From: Gemmatimonadales bacterium
Lineage (GTDB): Bacteria; Gemmatimonadota; Gemmatimonadetes; Gemmatimonadales; GWC2-71-9
Length of the DNA: 57,467 nucleotides
Direction of reading: 5' to 3'
NCBI GenBank assembly: GCA_013694695.1
Contig: JACDBX010000045.1
Location: forward strand, 1-57,467
Made by a program: the position numbers and the translations under genes. Below the pieces are notes generated by a model. The model made no database searches. It was not told the origin of the DNA and worked only from the letters and a program-made list of their open reading frames with translations. Shown here piece by piece: positions 1-9,152 of this stretch (position 1 is the stretch's first letter; each line of letters opens with the position of its first letter).

Positions 1-24
1 GCTCCAGCCAGCTCGGCACACACT

Positions 25-2232
25 TCACGACACCGTCACCCGCACGATCACATTCCTCCCCGCATCGTCCGCGTACCGCTTGTACCGACTGAGGAATGAT
101 CGATACGACGTGTCGAGGATGTTCCGCGCCTGCAGGTCGAGCAGCACGCGCCGACCGGCGACATCGAACGCTCCACCAGTGCTGACGTTCACGAGGGTGT
201 ATCCCGCGGGTGCGAAATCGTCGGGGTCGAGCCGGCGCTGTCGTGCGTTCGTCTCGCCACCGACCTGAACGTAAATGTCGTGCACGGTGGGGACCCTTGG
301 CTCGAGCCGAACATTGTACGTGAACCGCACCGGTGCCACGAAGGCCAGCGGCAGGTCGGTCGTCGTGTTCTGGCCGCGGGTGTAATCCACGCCACCGCGC
401 AGGTGGAGCCATGTTCGGAGGTGCACATCGGCCGACGCCTCCATCCCGGTCAGGACTGCATCGCCCTGTTCATACCGATACACCTGAAACCCCGATTCCG
501 GATCCGTCTCGCCAGTGGGATCGGGGTAGATGTAGTTGGTGATGGCGTTGCGGAACACCCCGATCTCTCCCTGCACGCCGTGTCCCTGCATCCGAACCGC
601 AACGTCGACGTTCAGCGATGCCTCGGTGCGCAGGGCGGAGTTGCCGACCTCGTAGCGCACGGTTCCCTCGTGAACACCGTTGGCGAAGAGCTCGAACGCT
701 GAGGGGGCCCGGAAGCCGCGACCGATGTTCGACACGAGTGCCACCGATTCCGTCACGCGCAGCAGGGCGCCAGCGTTGCCGGTAACGGCGCTCCAATCCT
801 GTTCGCCTCCGTCGAGTCCGAGCGCTTCGTTGGCCTCGTGCCGAAGGCGCCGCCAGTCGGCGCGCGCCCCGACCGAGAACTGCCACCGCCCGGCGTCGAT
901 CTGCTCGAAGGCATAAGCGCCGACATTGTCGGTCACGGAAGCCGGCACCAGCACCTCCTCGCCCGAGATCGAAACGGTGCTGCGCATGGCACTGATCCCG
1001 AGCACGCCGGCGAAGCGTCCTCCGGTCGCGTGATGGAGATGGATGTTTCCCATCGTGTTGATCGACTGCAGGCCGAGGGCGAAATCGGTGGTGCTCGCAT
1101 CCTCGAATTCGCGTCGATGATTGCTCTCGCGACCGAGATCGACCTCGATGCGGGCGGAGCCGAGGGCGATGTTGCCGGTGAGCGTCCCGCGCGACACCCC
1201 AACCCGCTGAAACGGGGTGGCACCAGGCTCCTCAGCGGGATCCTCGTGGATCTCCAGGCGCTCGCTGCGTCCGGTGAAGCTGGCTCCGAGTGTGCCCCAG
1301 CCGCCTCGTACAGCGAGCGCGGCCGAGCCGCCGTGCATGTCGAGCCCGGAGTTGGCGAGCGTCCCCGATGGGGTGCGCAGGTCGCCCTGGGTGCGCGCCG
1401 TGAGCGTGGTCCGGAAGCCGACTGGTCCGCGAGCGCCCTCGACCAGCAACGACCCGTCGGGCGCGTCGCCGTTGGTGCTGAACGATCCCGTGAGCCATTG
1501 GGAGACGAATGCCGGCCGGCCGGTCGCATCGGGCAGCTCGCGCTGCACCACGTTGATCACGCCGCCGAGTGCGTCCGACCCGTACAGCACGCTGGCTGGC
1601 CCGCGGATCACCTCGATTCGCTCGGCGGTTGCCGTCTCCACGTTCGGGGCATGTTCGTCGCCCCACTGCTGGCTCTCGATCCGCTGGCCGTTCTCCAGCA
1701 CGAGCACGCGGTTGGATGTCAGCCCGCGAATCACCGGTTTGCCCACGCCGGAGCCGGTCGAGAAGTTGCGCATTCCGGGCAGTGCCTCGAGTACCGCGCC
1801 GAGCGATGGCGCCTGTGCATTGGCGAGCCCGTCACCCTGCAGCACAGCCAGGGGCTGCGGCGACTCCAGGGCGGTGGTCGCAAGGGGCGTGGCGGTGGTC
1901 TGGATTGCGGCGAGCTCGATGATGGTGCGCGTGAGCGCCACGTCCAGTCGGGTGTCCTGCCCGCGAATCGTGACGCGCATCACCCGTGGACGGAACCCGA
2001 TCGCGGCGACGGACACGCCGTAGGTACCATCGGCAACATCGGTGAGCAGGAACCGGCCGTCCGCATCGGTACGGGTCGAGCGCGACGCCTCGAGGATCAC
2101 GATCCTGGCATCGGCGACCGGCCGTCCTGTGGTGTCGGTGACGCGGCCGACAAGTGAGTAGGCCCCGGGCTCATTGTGCGGCACCGGAAGTGGAAACATT
2201 GCGGTGGCAACCGCAAGCAGGATTGCAAGCAT
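25..2232 (-). CDS. TonB-dependent receptor with N-terminal carboxypeptidase-regulatory-like domain (probably metal uptake)
   Basis: Signal peptide, plug motif RIEVIRGPASVLYGSDALGGVINV, KPVIRGL, QQWGDEH, barrel motifs GFRAPS..ELF and NILD. Start moved to ATG 2232, which has a GGAG SD 5 nt upstream. Confidence 0.92.
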   Translation of the reverse strand: MLAILLAVATAMFPLPVPHNEPGAYSLVGRVTDTTGRPVADARIVILEASRSTRTDADGRFLLTDVADGTYGVSVAAIGFRPRVMRVTIRGQDTRLDVALTRTIIELAAIQTTATPLATTALESPQPLAVLQGDGLANAQAPSLGAVLEALPGMRNFSTGSGVGKPVIRGLTSNRVLVLENGQRIESQQWGDEHAPNVETATAERIEVIRGPASVLYGSDALGGVINVVQRELPDATGRPAFVSQWLTGSFSTNGDAPDGSLLVEGARGPVGFRTTLTARTQGDLRTPSGTLANSGLDMHGGSAALAVRGGWGTLGASFTGRSERLEIHEDPAEEPGATPFQRVGVSRGTLTGNIALGSARIEVDLGRESNHRREFEDASTTDFALGLQSINTMGNIHLHHATGGRFAGVLGISAMRSTVSISGEEVLVPASVTDNVGAYAFEQIDAGRWQFSVGARADWRRLRHEANEALGLDGGEQDWSAVTGNAGALLRVTESVALVSNIGRGFRAPSAFELFANGVHEGTVRYEVGNSALRTEASLNVDVAVRMQGHGVQGEIGVFRNAITNYIYPDPTGETDPESGFQVYRYEQGDAVLTGMEASADVHLRTWLHLRGGVDYTRGQNTTTDLPLAFVAPVRFTYNVRLEPRVPTVHDIYVQVGGETNARQRRLDPDDFAPAGYTLVNVSTGGAFDVAGRRVLLDLQARNILDTSYRSFLSRYKRYADDAGRNVIVRVTVS

Positions 2233-2313
2233 CGGATCTCCATCCATGATGACAGGGCGCGGCATGGCCGCATGGTCCCGCAGGGCGGGATGAGCAGATC
2301 TTTGAAACGCCTG

Positions 2314-2643
2314 TCAGGCGGGAGGAGCGCGGGATCCTGGCGGAAGCGGAGGGAGGCGATCGAGGTGGGAATCATCGGGCGTGAGGATGGCGACCCGGCG
2401 GGTGGCCATCTCGAACCGTGGGGCATCGACGGAACTGCTGACCGGTGACGCCGAAGCGACTGGAGCTCCGATCACGCACCGTTCGGCGTGACAGGCCGGC
2501 CCATCGGCGGACTCGATATGGTGCACGCCCGCCGACTCGGCGTCCGCGTGGTACCAGATGGCGTCCGCGAGCGGCCCGATGAACGCGGCCCATGCGAATG
2601 ACAGCGCCGACATAAAGGCGATCGTGCGGCGAGCAGTGTTCAC
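2314..2643 (-). CDS. DUF2946/CruR-like leader protein with C-terminal RAPP arrest motif
   Basis: GTG start overlaps the kinase TGA (GTGA); 109 aa. N-terminal hydrophobic segment, WYH..VHH..CHAERC metal-ligand cluster, Pro-rich tail ending GSRAPPA. Lies directly upstream of the TBDR. Confidence 0.75.
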   Translation of the reverse strand: MNTARRTIAFMSALSFAWAAFIGPLADAIWYHADAESAGVHHIESADGPACHAERCVIGAPVASASPVSSSVDAPRFEMATRRVAILTPDDSHLDRLPPLPPGSRAPPA

Positions 2644-4280
2644 GCGACCGCAGCCTCCTGCAACGCCTCGCGCACCGCCGGGGGGCCGTCGCTCGGGATC
2701 AGGAACCAGAACGTGCTCCCCTTCCCGTGGATCGATTCCACACCAATCTGTCCGCCGTGCATCTCCACGAAGCGCTTGCACAGCGCGAGCCCGAGCCCGG
2801 TTCCCTGCACGGCGCGGGACGCGGTCGAGTCGACCTGGCTGAACTCACGGAAGAGTTTGTCCATGTCTTCTTGACGAATCCCGACCCCTGTATCGGACAC
2901 CGACACCCACACCACGTCGCGGGTCGCAAGCTTCGGCACCTCTCCGAGTCGGCCAGTGCTGGCCGTCGTCGGCATGGGCGCGACGGTGCGCACCGCCGAG
3001 ATGGTGATCTGGCCGCCTTCGGGGGTGAACTTCGATGCATTGGACAGGAGGTTGAAGAGGATCTGGCGGATCCTCGTGCCGTCGGCGATCACCTCGAGCT
3101 CGGCATCGGGGAGTTCCATCGCGCAGTCCTGTGTCCTCGCGGTGCGCAACGATGCCGTGTCCGTGATGGCACCGGTGACCGCGTCGCGCAGATCGAAGCG
3201 CGCAAGATTGAGCGTCATGCGACCGGCCTCGATCTTCGAGAGATCGAGCACCGAATTGATGAGGCCAAGCAGGTGGTTGCCGTTGCGCAGGATCGCCTCG
3301 AGAAACTCCTTCTGCTGCTCTTCCAGGGGCCCGAGACCCTCGGTCAGGAGCAGGTCGGAGAATCCGATGATTGCATTGAGCGGGGTACGCAGCTCGTGCG
3401 ACATGTTCGCGAGGAACTCGCTCTTGAGTCGCGTTGCACGCTGCAGTTCCTTGTTCTTGAGGGCGAGCATGCGCTCGTTGCGGCGCAGCTCCTCCAGTAC
3501 CGTAGTCCGGTCGAGGCCGAGCACCACCTGATCGCCGAGCGTCTGCAGGAGCTGGAGATCGTGGCCGGTGAACTGTCGACCGTCGCGCCGGTTGTAGGCA
3601 CAGAGCGCCCCGACCACCAGGCCAGCCGACCGCAACGGCACCATGGCAGCGCTCTGGAGCCGATCGTTCAACTCGTCATGGCGATGGTTGCGAGGGTCGG
3701 TTTCCATGTCATGCACGATCGCGGCCTCGTCGGCGGTGATGACGTGGCCCGCGAGCGACCGATCGATCGGGAGCAGCGACCCGACGGCTGGCATCAACGG
3801 CCCCGCGCCGGCCACAACCTTCACGAACCGACCCTCTTCCACCACCAGCATGATCGCGCCGCCCTCGGCCTCCAGGAGGTCAGCAGCGGCTTGGGCAATC
3901 TGGCGGTTGAGAGCGAGCAGGTCGTTGCCGGCCAGGAGCGCGGCGGAGAGATCGCGGAGGCGTTCGAGCTCACTGTTCCGGCGAGCCGATGCGTCGAGGG
4001 CCCGGGAGAGTGAATCCTTCTGGTGGTCAGCGAGAACTCGCCCCCGGCGCAGCGTGACGAAGGCGAGTGCCGACGAGACCGCGGCGAAGGCGAGTCCGCC
4101 ATCATACCTGCCGAGCGCCAGGAGCCCGACCGACGCCCAGCCGCAGAACAGGGCGAGGAACAGCATCGTGCCAGTGCGTGACAGGGCTGTATATCCGGGA
4201 CTGGGCTCGGGGGTGGCGGCCGTGTAAGAGGCCGTCACCATCGAAACGCTCGGTCCGTCCGGAACCCCGCCAGCGCTCAC
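2640..4280 (-). CDS. membrane GAF-domain sensor histidine kinase
   Basis: Two TM segments, GAF domain, H-box FLANMSHELRTPLN, NLLSNASKF, DTGVGI, GTGLGL. Confidence 0.92.
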   Translation of the reverse strand: MSAGGVPDGPSVSMVTASYTAATPEPSPGYTALSRTGTMLFLALFCGWASVGLLALGRYDGGLAFAAVSSALAFVTLRRGRVLADHQKDSLSRALDASARRNSELERLRDLSAALLAGNDLLALNRQIAQAAADLLEAEGGAIMLVVEEGRFVKVVAGAGPLMPAVGSLLPIDRSLAGHVITADEAAIVHDMETDPRNHRHDELNDRLQSAAMVPLRSAGLVVGALCAYNRRDGRQFTGHDLQLLQTLGDQVVLGLDRTTVLEELRRNERMLALKNKELQRATRLKSEFLANMSHELRTPLNAIIGFSDLLLTEGLGPLEEQQKEFLEAILRNGNHLLGLINSVLDLSKIEAGRMTLNLARFDLRDAVTGAITDTASLRTARTQDCAMELPDAELEVIADGTRIRQILFNLLSNASKFTPEGGQITISAVRTVAPMPTTASTGRLGEVPKLATRDVVWVSVSDTGVGIRQEDMDKLFREFSQVDSTASRAVQGTGLGLALCKRFVEMHGGQIGVESIHGKGSTFWFLIPSDGPPAVREALQEAAVA

Positions 4281-4495
4281 GCCGTGCCCTCCGAATCATT
4301 GGTTTCGACCAGCACCTGATGGAACACCGTGGTGCCGATCCGGATCATTTCCCGTAAATACGGCCGGCAGAGGCCGCATTGTGCGCCGCAACCAGTTTCC
4401 CGCATCAGCCGATCAAGGTCCCAACTCCCTGCCCGGACCCTCGGCAAGAGCTGTGCAAAGAGCGTGCGCTGGCATACACAGCGGTCGATATCCAC
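4277..4495 (-). CDS. Bfd-like (2Fe-2S)-binding protein
   Basis: CxC ... GxxCGxC pattern in 72 aa; stop overlaps the kinase start. Confidence 0.75.
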   Translation of the reverse strand: MDIDRCVCQRTLFAQLLPRVRAGSWDLDRLMRETGCGAQCGLCRPYLREMIRIGTTVFHQVLVETNDSEGTA

Positions 4496-4507
4496 GCCCT
4501 GGCCCTG

Positions 4508-5224
4508 TCAGGGGGCCGCGGGACGGATATCGAGCTCACTCACCAGCGCCCTGTCCGGGAGGGATAAGGCATCGATGATGACAGCGGCAACATCTTCCGA
4601 TCGCAGCATGCGCTCAGGCGGCATCTCGCCCAGCAGGTGCTGATCGCGGCGGAGATCGGTGTCGACCGAACCGGGGCAGACCGTCAGCACCCGGACACCG
4701 TCGTGGCGTACCTCGGCCAGGAGCGACGACGAAAACCCGAGGACGGCATGCTTCGAAGCGGCGTAGGCCGTCCCGCCCTTGAAGCCGTTCCTGCCCGCCA
4801 GCGACGAGACGTTGATCACGAATCCCCGCTGGCGTTGGCGCATCCCACTCAGCACTGCCTGGGTCACCACGAAGAGCGACCTGACGTTGCTCGCGAAGGT
4901 GGTGTCCCAGTCCTCGAGCGTGAGTTCGCTGAAGGGCTTCAGGATGCCGACGCCGGCGTTGTTGACCAGCACGTCGGCCGGGCCCAGTCGCGACTCGACG
5001 TGATCGACGAGGGCGCGGACGCCGTCAGGATCGCTGACGTCGCAAGGCTGGCCAGCGGCGTCGATCCCCTCGGCACGCAGCTCCGCAATTACATCGGCGA
5101 GCGGGCCGGGCCGCCGCGCGCACACGCCCACGGAATACCCGGCCCGACCGAGTGCAAGGGCTGTGGCCCGACCGATCCCGGCGGACGCCCCGGTGACGAG
5201 CGCGACGCGTTGCGGTGTGGTCAT
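4508..5224 (-). CDS. SDR family oxidoreductase
   Basis: TGASAGIG, NNAG, YAASK. Confidence 0.93.
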   Translation of the reverse strand: MTTPQRVALVTGASAGIGRATALALGRAGYSVGVCARRPGPLADVIAELRAEGIDAAGQPCDVSDPDGVRALVDHVESRLGPADVLVNNAGVGILKPFSELTLEDWDTTFASNVRSLFVVTQAVLSGMRQRQRGFVINVSSLAGRNGFKGGTAYAASKHAVLGFSSSLLAEVRHDGVRVLTVCPGSVDTDLRRDQHLLGEMPPERMLRSEDVAAVIIDALSLPDRALVSELDIRPAAP

Positions 5225-5976
5225 ACCTTGTGGTGCACCACGCGCCCGGCCTGTTCGCCGTCATCGGCGGGGTACAGCTCGAAATCATGGAAGAACGCCG
5301 GCGCCTCGGCCCGCAACGTCTCCAGTATCCTGACGGCGCACCGCCGGATCTCGCGTTCGGCGCCTTCGCCGAGGCGCAGTTCAAGCATGGTACGCCATGC
5401 GCGGGTGTTTCCGCTCACGACGATCTTCGTTTCGGTTGCATTGGGGAGCAGCGACCGCGCGGCCTCGCGAGCCATCTTCCGCCGGTGCACCTTGCTCTCG
5501 ACCCACGCGTAGCGCTCCATCAATCTTTCGACGGCGGTGACGTAACTGTCCTGGGCAGCGGCGACCTGGGTGCCCCACGCATCCTCCAGCTCCGCGTCGC
5601 CCTGCATCGCGGGCGGCATCACGAATGCCGCCTCCGACTCGTCGACGTAGCGCTGCGAGAGCTGCGAATAACCGAACCCGGCGCGGTGTCGGACCAGCTC
5701 GTGTGTCAGCGAGCGCGAGACCCCCTCGATGAGCACCACGTACACCGCGTGCTCGAACACCGATCCGTGTCCCTGCTTCAGGATGTTGCCGAGATACTCG
5801 GCCGTACTCCGTCCGGCCGGGTTGTGCTGGCTCATGTAGCAGAGCCGGCCGGCGAACTCGGCCAGGCGCTCGCCGTCGGTGCCGGGCTCGTGCCATTGCA
5901 CGGCGAGATGCGCCGGCTCGACAAACTGCGGGCGGGCGATCAGGGTGACAACGGGTTCGCGGTAAATCTTGATCAT
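5221..5976 (-). CDS. thyX: FAD-dependent thymidylate synthase
   Basis: GHGSVFEH, ThyX signature HELVRHR..YSQLSQRY, REAARSLLP; start moved to ATG 5976. Confidence 0.95.
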   Translation of the reverse strand: MIKIYREPVVTLIARPQFVEPAHLAVQWHEPGTDGERLAEFAGRLCYMSQHNPAGRSTAEYLGNILKQGHGSVFEHAVYVVLIEGVSRSLTHELVRHRAGFGYSQLSQRYVDESEAAFVMPPAMQGDAELEDAWGTQVAAAQDSYVTAVERLMERYAWVESKVHRRKMAREAARSLLPNATETKIVVSGNTRAWRTMLELRLGEGAEREIRRCAVRILETLRAEAPAFFHDFELYPADDGEQAGRVVHHKV

Positions 5977-6022
5977 GGATGCGGGCGGGTTGGAGTCGGG
6001 GGAAGGTAACGGGTTGGAGCAC

Positions 6023-7615
6023 TCACCAGCGGCATCGCCCCCAGTCAGCGGTGCGTTCCAGGTCGGCGAGCCATTCGTCGGCATCCGCAGGGATTGCCGG
6101 GGCATTCGGGCCAAGCTTGAGGCTGGCGAGCGGATCGGCCCGACCAATGATGACGCCCGGATTGAAGAGGCCGATCGGGTCGAAGGCATCCTTGACGGCT
6201 GCGTGACATTGCATCACCGCCTCCCCGTACAACGCGCCCAGCAGCGGCGCGCGGAGGCGGCCCGCACCGTGTTCCCCCGACGGCGTTCCGCCGAGCGCGA
6301 TCACGTCGCCAGACACGCGGCGGTAGACTGCCGCGATGCGATCAGGCCATGACGGGTCGCCGGTACGTGGCAGAAGATTCACGTGCACGTGACCGTCGCC
6401 GGCATGCCCGAAGATGACCACATCCACCCCGGCACTTCGGCAGGCCGCGTCGACCGCCTCGATATAGGCCTGCAGCGCTCCAGGCGGCACGCATCCGTCC
6501 TCGACCACCTGCAGTGACCGGCGGCCGTCTTCCAGCGCCGCGAGCGCGGGTGACGCACCGTGGCGCACCGCCCAGAGCCGCTCGATCTCGTCGGGCCGGA
6601 GGGCAAGGTCAATCCGGGCATGCGGCGCGGTGGCTGCAGCCGCGGCGGCCATCCGGGCACTGACCTCGCTGGCGTCATCCCCGGTGAAGTCGGCGAGCAG
6701 GATACTGCCGGCGCCGAGCAGCGCCGCATCGGTATCGACGGACTGCTGGGTGCGCCGGATCACCCCGAGAAACGATTCGTCAAGGAACTCGAGCGTCTCG
6801 GGGTCATACGGACGAATGGCCTCGATCGCGGGCTCCAGGTGGTCCCGCCGATCCAGCACGGCACGGAGCGACATCCGCACGGCGGGCTGGGCATCGAGTC
6901 GCACGGTGAGCCGGGTGATCACGCCGAGTGTACCCTCGGACCCGATCACGACATCGATCAATTCGCGATGAGCGAGCCAGTGGTCGAGTGCGTAACCGGC
7001 GCTGTTCTTCCGCACTGCTGGATACCGTCGCCGGATCTCGTCGCGGTGCTGCTCCAGCACCGGCACGACCTGTTGCGCCCAGCGACCAACTACCGGATGG
7101 GTGCCCGGCGGTGACTCGCCCCGCGCGAGATGCAGCGGTCCGTCAACGGTCTCCAGGGTCAGCGCTTCGATCCACGGCCTGATGCTTCCATGTCGGAGGC
7201 TCGCCGCGCCCGCCGCATTGGTCGACACCATCCCGCCAAGGGTCGCCCATGCTGCACTCGATGGCTCGGGCGGGAGTCGCAGCCCGTGCGGCGCGGCGGC
7301 GGCGCGGAGTTCCGCGAGTGTCAGTGACGGGGAAACGATGGCCCGCCGCGCGATCGCGTCAACGTCACACCCACCGCTGTCGAAAGAGGAGAGGTCGAGC
7401 ACCAGGCCGGGGCCGATGTTCCCGCCATCCATCGCGGTGCCAGCGCCGCGCGGCGTGATCGACAGTGATGCGTTCCGCGCGTCACCGATGGTTGCGCGCA
7501 GCATGCCAATGTCGCGGGGCCGCGCCACCGCGGCGGGGATGATCCGCATGATGCCGGCGCCCTGGCTATATCGGGCGCGCCGGGCCATGTCACGGTCGAG
7601 GAGTTCGGGCGTCAC
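6023..7615 (-). CDS. FAD-binding oxidoreductase (GlcD/D-lactate dehydrogenase-like)
   Basis: PRGAGT, TLGGMVSTNAAG, GSEGTLGVIT, GHAGDGHVH, SGEHG, DP.GLFNPG; GTG 7615 overlaps the upstream TGA. Confidence 0.88.
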   Translation of the reverse strand: MTPELLDRDMARRARYSQGAGIMRIIPAAVARPRDIGMLRATIGDARNASLSITPRGAGTAMDGGNIGPGLVLDLSSFDSGGCDVDAIARRAIVSPSLTLAELRAAAAPHGLRLPPEPSSAAWATLGGMVSTNAAGAASLRHGSIRPWIEALTLETVDGPLHLARGESPPGTHPVVGRWAQQVVPVLEQHRDEIRRRYPAVRKNSAGYALDHWLAHRELIDVVIGSEGTLGVITRLTVRLDAQPAVRMSLRAVLDRRDHLEPAIEAIRPYDPETLEFLDESFLGVIRRTQQSVDTDAALLGAGSILLADFTGDDASEVSARMAAAAAATAPHARIDLALRPDEIERLWAVRHGASPALAALEDGRRSLQVVEDGCVPPGALQAYIEAVDAACRSAGVDVVIFGHAGDGHVHVNLLPRTGDPSWPDRIAAVYRRVSGDVIALGGTPSGEHGAGRLRAPLLGALYGEAVMQCHAAVKDAFDPIGLFNPGVIIGRADPLASLKLGPNAPAIPADADEWLADLERTADWGRCRW

Positions 7616-8625
7616 GCCCGCCGCCAGGCGCGTTGCAGGCGACCGGCAACCGCGGCGATCGCGGTGCTTGAGGGAAGCAGCAGCGCCGCGGTGCCGAGAA
7701 GGAGGTACACCTCGCGGCGGGGCATTTTCACGGTGGTGCTTGCCACACCTTGCGCCGCGTTGCGCCGGACCAGCGCCAGCGTGCGGAGGGCGAACAGCAG
7801 CTGCACCACGCAGAAGAGCCGGATCCGGAAAGCACGGCGTGGCACGGCAAGCGAATAAGCGAGCGCGTCCCGCAGCATTCGCTCGGCAAGCTCGATCAGC
7901 GGTTGGACCACCTGCCACGATTCTGCCGTGTGGCCCGGCGCGAGGAACTCCAGCGGCGTGATGCCAGCTGCCGCCCAGTGTGACGCCGGGAAATACACCC
8001 GTCCCTCAGCGAGGTCGTTGCCGACGTCACGAATCACGTTGGTGAGCTGCAACCCGACCCCGAAATTGACAGCGTGGCGGTGCATGATCGCCAAGCGGGC
8101 ACCGCGAACACCGTGGGCGTGGTTCTGGTACAGGTCGGTGAGCATCAGGCCGACGGTCCCCGCCACGTAGTAGCAGTACTGCTCAAGCTCGGCCTGCGTG
8201 GCGAAGAGCGGGGTGGTGCTGTCGGGGCGCGGGGCCAGGGACACCGACATGCCGTCGATCATCTCGACCGCGTACCGCGCGATGGCATGCACATCCGCTG
8301 CACCGAGGCGGTGGAGTTCGCGATGCACGGAATCCGCAATCCGCATCAGCGCGTGCTCATCGGCAGTGTGCCCGATGCCGTCAACGGGAAGCGCACTCGG
8401 CTCACCCGTCTGGACGGCCGTTCGCCAGGTGGCAAGCAGTTCGCGACGCCGGGGAATGGGGAGGGCGGAATCATCTTCGATCGTATCCGCGACCCGGCAG
8501 ACCAGGTATGCGATCGCAACCGCGCGGGAGAGCGGCGCGGGCAGCATTCGAATGGTTAGCGCAAAGGACCGGGACACCCGGGGGAGGATGGCCTCGCACT
8601 GGCGCCAGTCGTCGAAAGGATTCAG
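7612..8625 (-). CDS. squalene synthase-type head-to-head prenyltransferase (squalene/phytoene synthase family)
   Basis: VSRSFAL, YLVCRVADTIEDD, YCYYVAGTVG, GLQLTNVIRD, GRVYFP, RLFC. Start proposed at CTG 8625; first canonical start is GTG 8577. Confidence 0.85.
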   Translation of the reverse strand: MNPFDDWRQCEAILPRVSRSFALTIRMLPAPLSRAVAIAYLVCRVADTIEDDSALPIPRRRELLATWRTAVQTGEPSALPVDGIGHTADEHALMRIADSVHRELHRLGAADVHAIARYAVEMIDGMSVSLAPRPDSTTPLFATQAELEQYCYYVAGTVGLMLTDLYQNHAHGVRGARLAIMHRHAVNFGVGLQLTNVIRDVGNDLAEGRVYFPASHWAAAGITPLEFLAPGHTAESWQVVQPLIELAERMLRDALAYSLAVPRRAFRIRLFCVVQLLFALRTLALVRRNAAQGVASTTVKMPRREVYLLLGTAALLLPSSTAIAAVAGRLQRAWRRA

Positions 8626-9152
8626 GGCTTTGCCGGTGTGGTGTCGGTCGCCACGCTCGGTGGGATGGCGACCGAGTCCGCAGCCTCCAGCGGCTCGCCA
8701 TGGGCCAGCGTGAGACGGTTGACGATGCCCGCCACCCGGATCGAGATCGGGTGCTGGATCGGCACCTGTCGCTCAAGCGACCGGCCATCGCGTGATGGAT
8801 CTGCCACCGGGCGGTACACCGTCTCGATGGTAACGAGGGAATGGTTGGCCTTCGATGGCTCGATGAAAGCGCGAACCTTCACTACGTCGAGGCCCAGCGG
8901 CCGACGCCGGGTGGGGCGCAGCGTGGCGGCGTCGAACCATTCGGACTCCAGCCAGCCGTCTTTCGCCTCGGTGCGTCGGACGGGTATTGAGTCGGCATCG
9001 AGCGCCAGTGCGACTTCCCGGGTTGCCTCGGGGAGGAACAACTCGAGCTCCATCACCGCCGAGCCGGGCTGGGGCACGAAATGCGGGCGCGTGGTGGTGG
9101 GGTAGCATGCGAGTGCCGAGATGACGCCAAGCGTTGTCAGGGTGCGGTTCAC
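8622..9152 (-). CDS. hypothetical lipoprotein
   Basis: Lipobox-like ALAC after a hydrophobic N-terminus; 4-nt overlap with the upstream gene. Confidence 0.75.
   Translation of the reverse strand: MNRTLTTLGVISALACYPTTTRPHFVPQPGSAVMELELFLPEATREVALALDADSIPVRRTEAKDGWLESEWFDAATLRPTRRRPLGLDVVKVRAFIEPSKANHSLVTIETVYRPVADPSRDGRSLERQVPIQHPISIRVAGIVNRLTLAHGEPLEAADSVAIPPSVATDTTPAKP

Noticed and set aside
838-2157. Long antisense ORFs (also 10120-11676, 10845-12488, 25050-26726, 28793-30496, 33493-35094, 46464-48017, 53307-54794, 55285-56772)
   Set aside because: Shadows of well-supported opposite-strand genes, as expected in high-GC DNA; no motifs of their own
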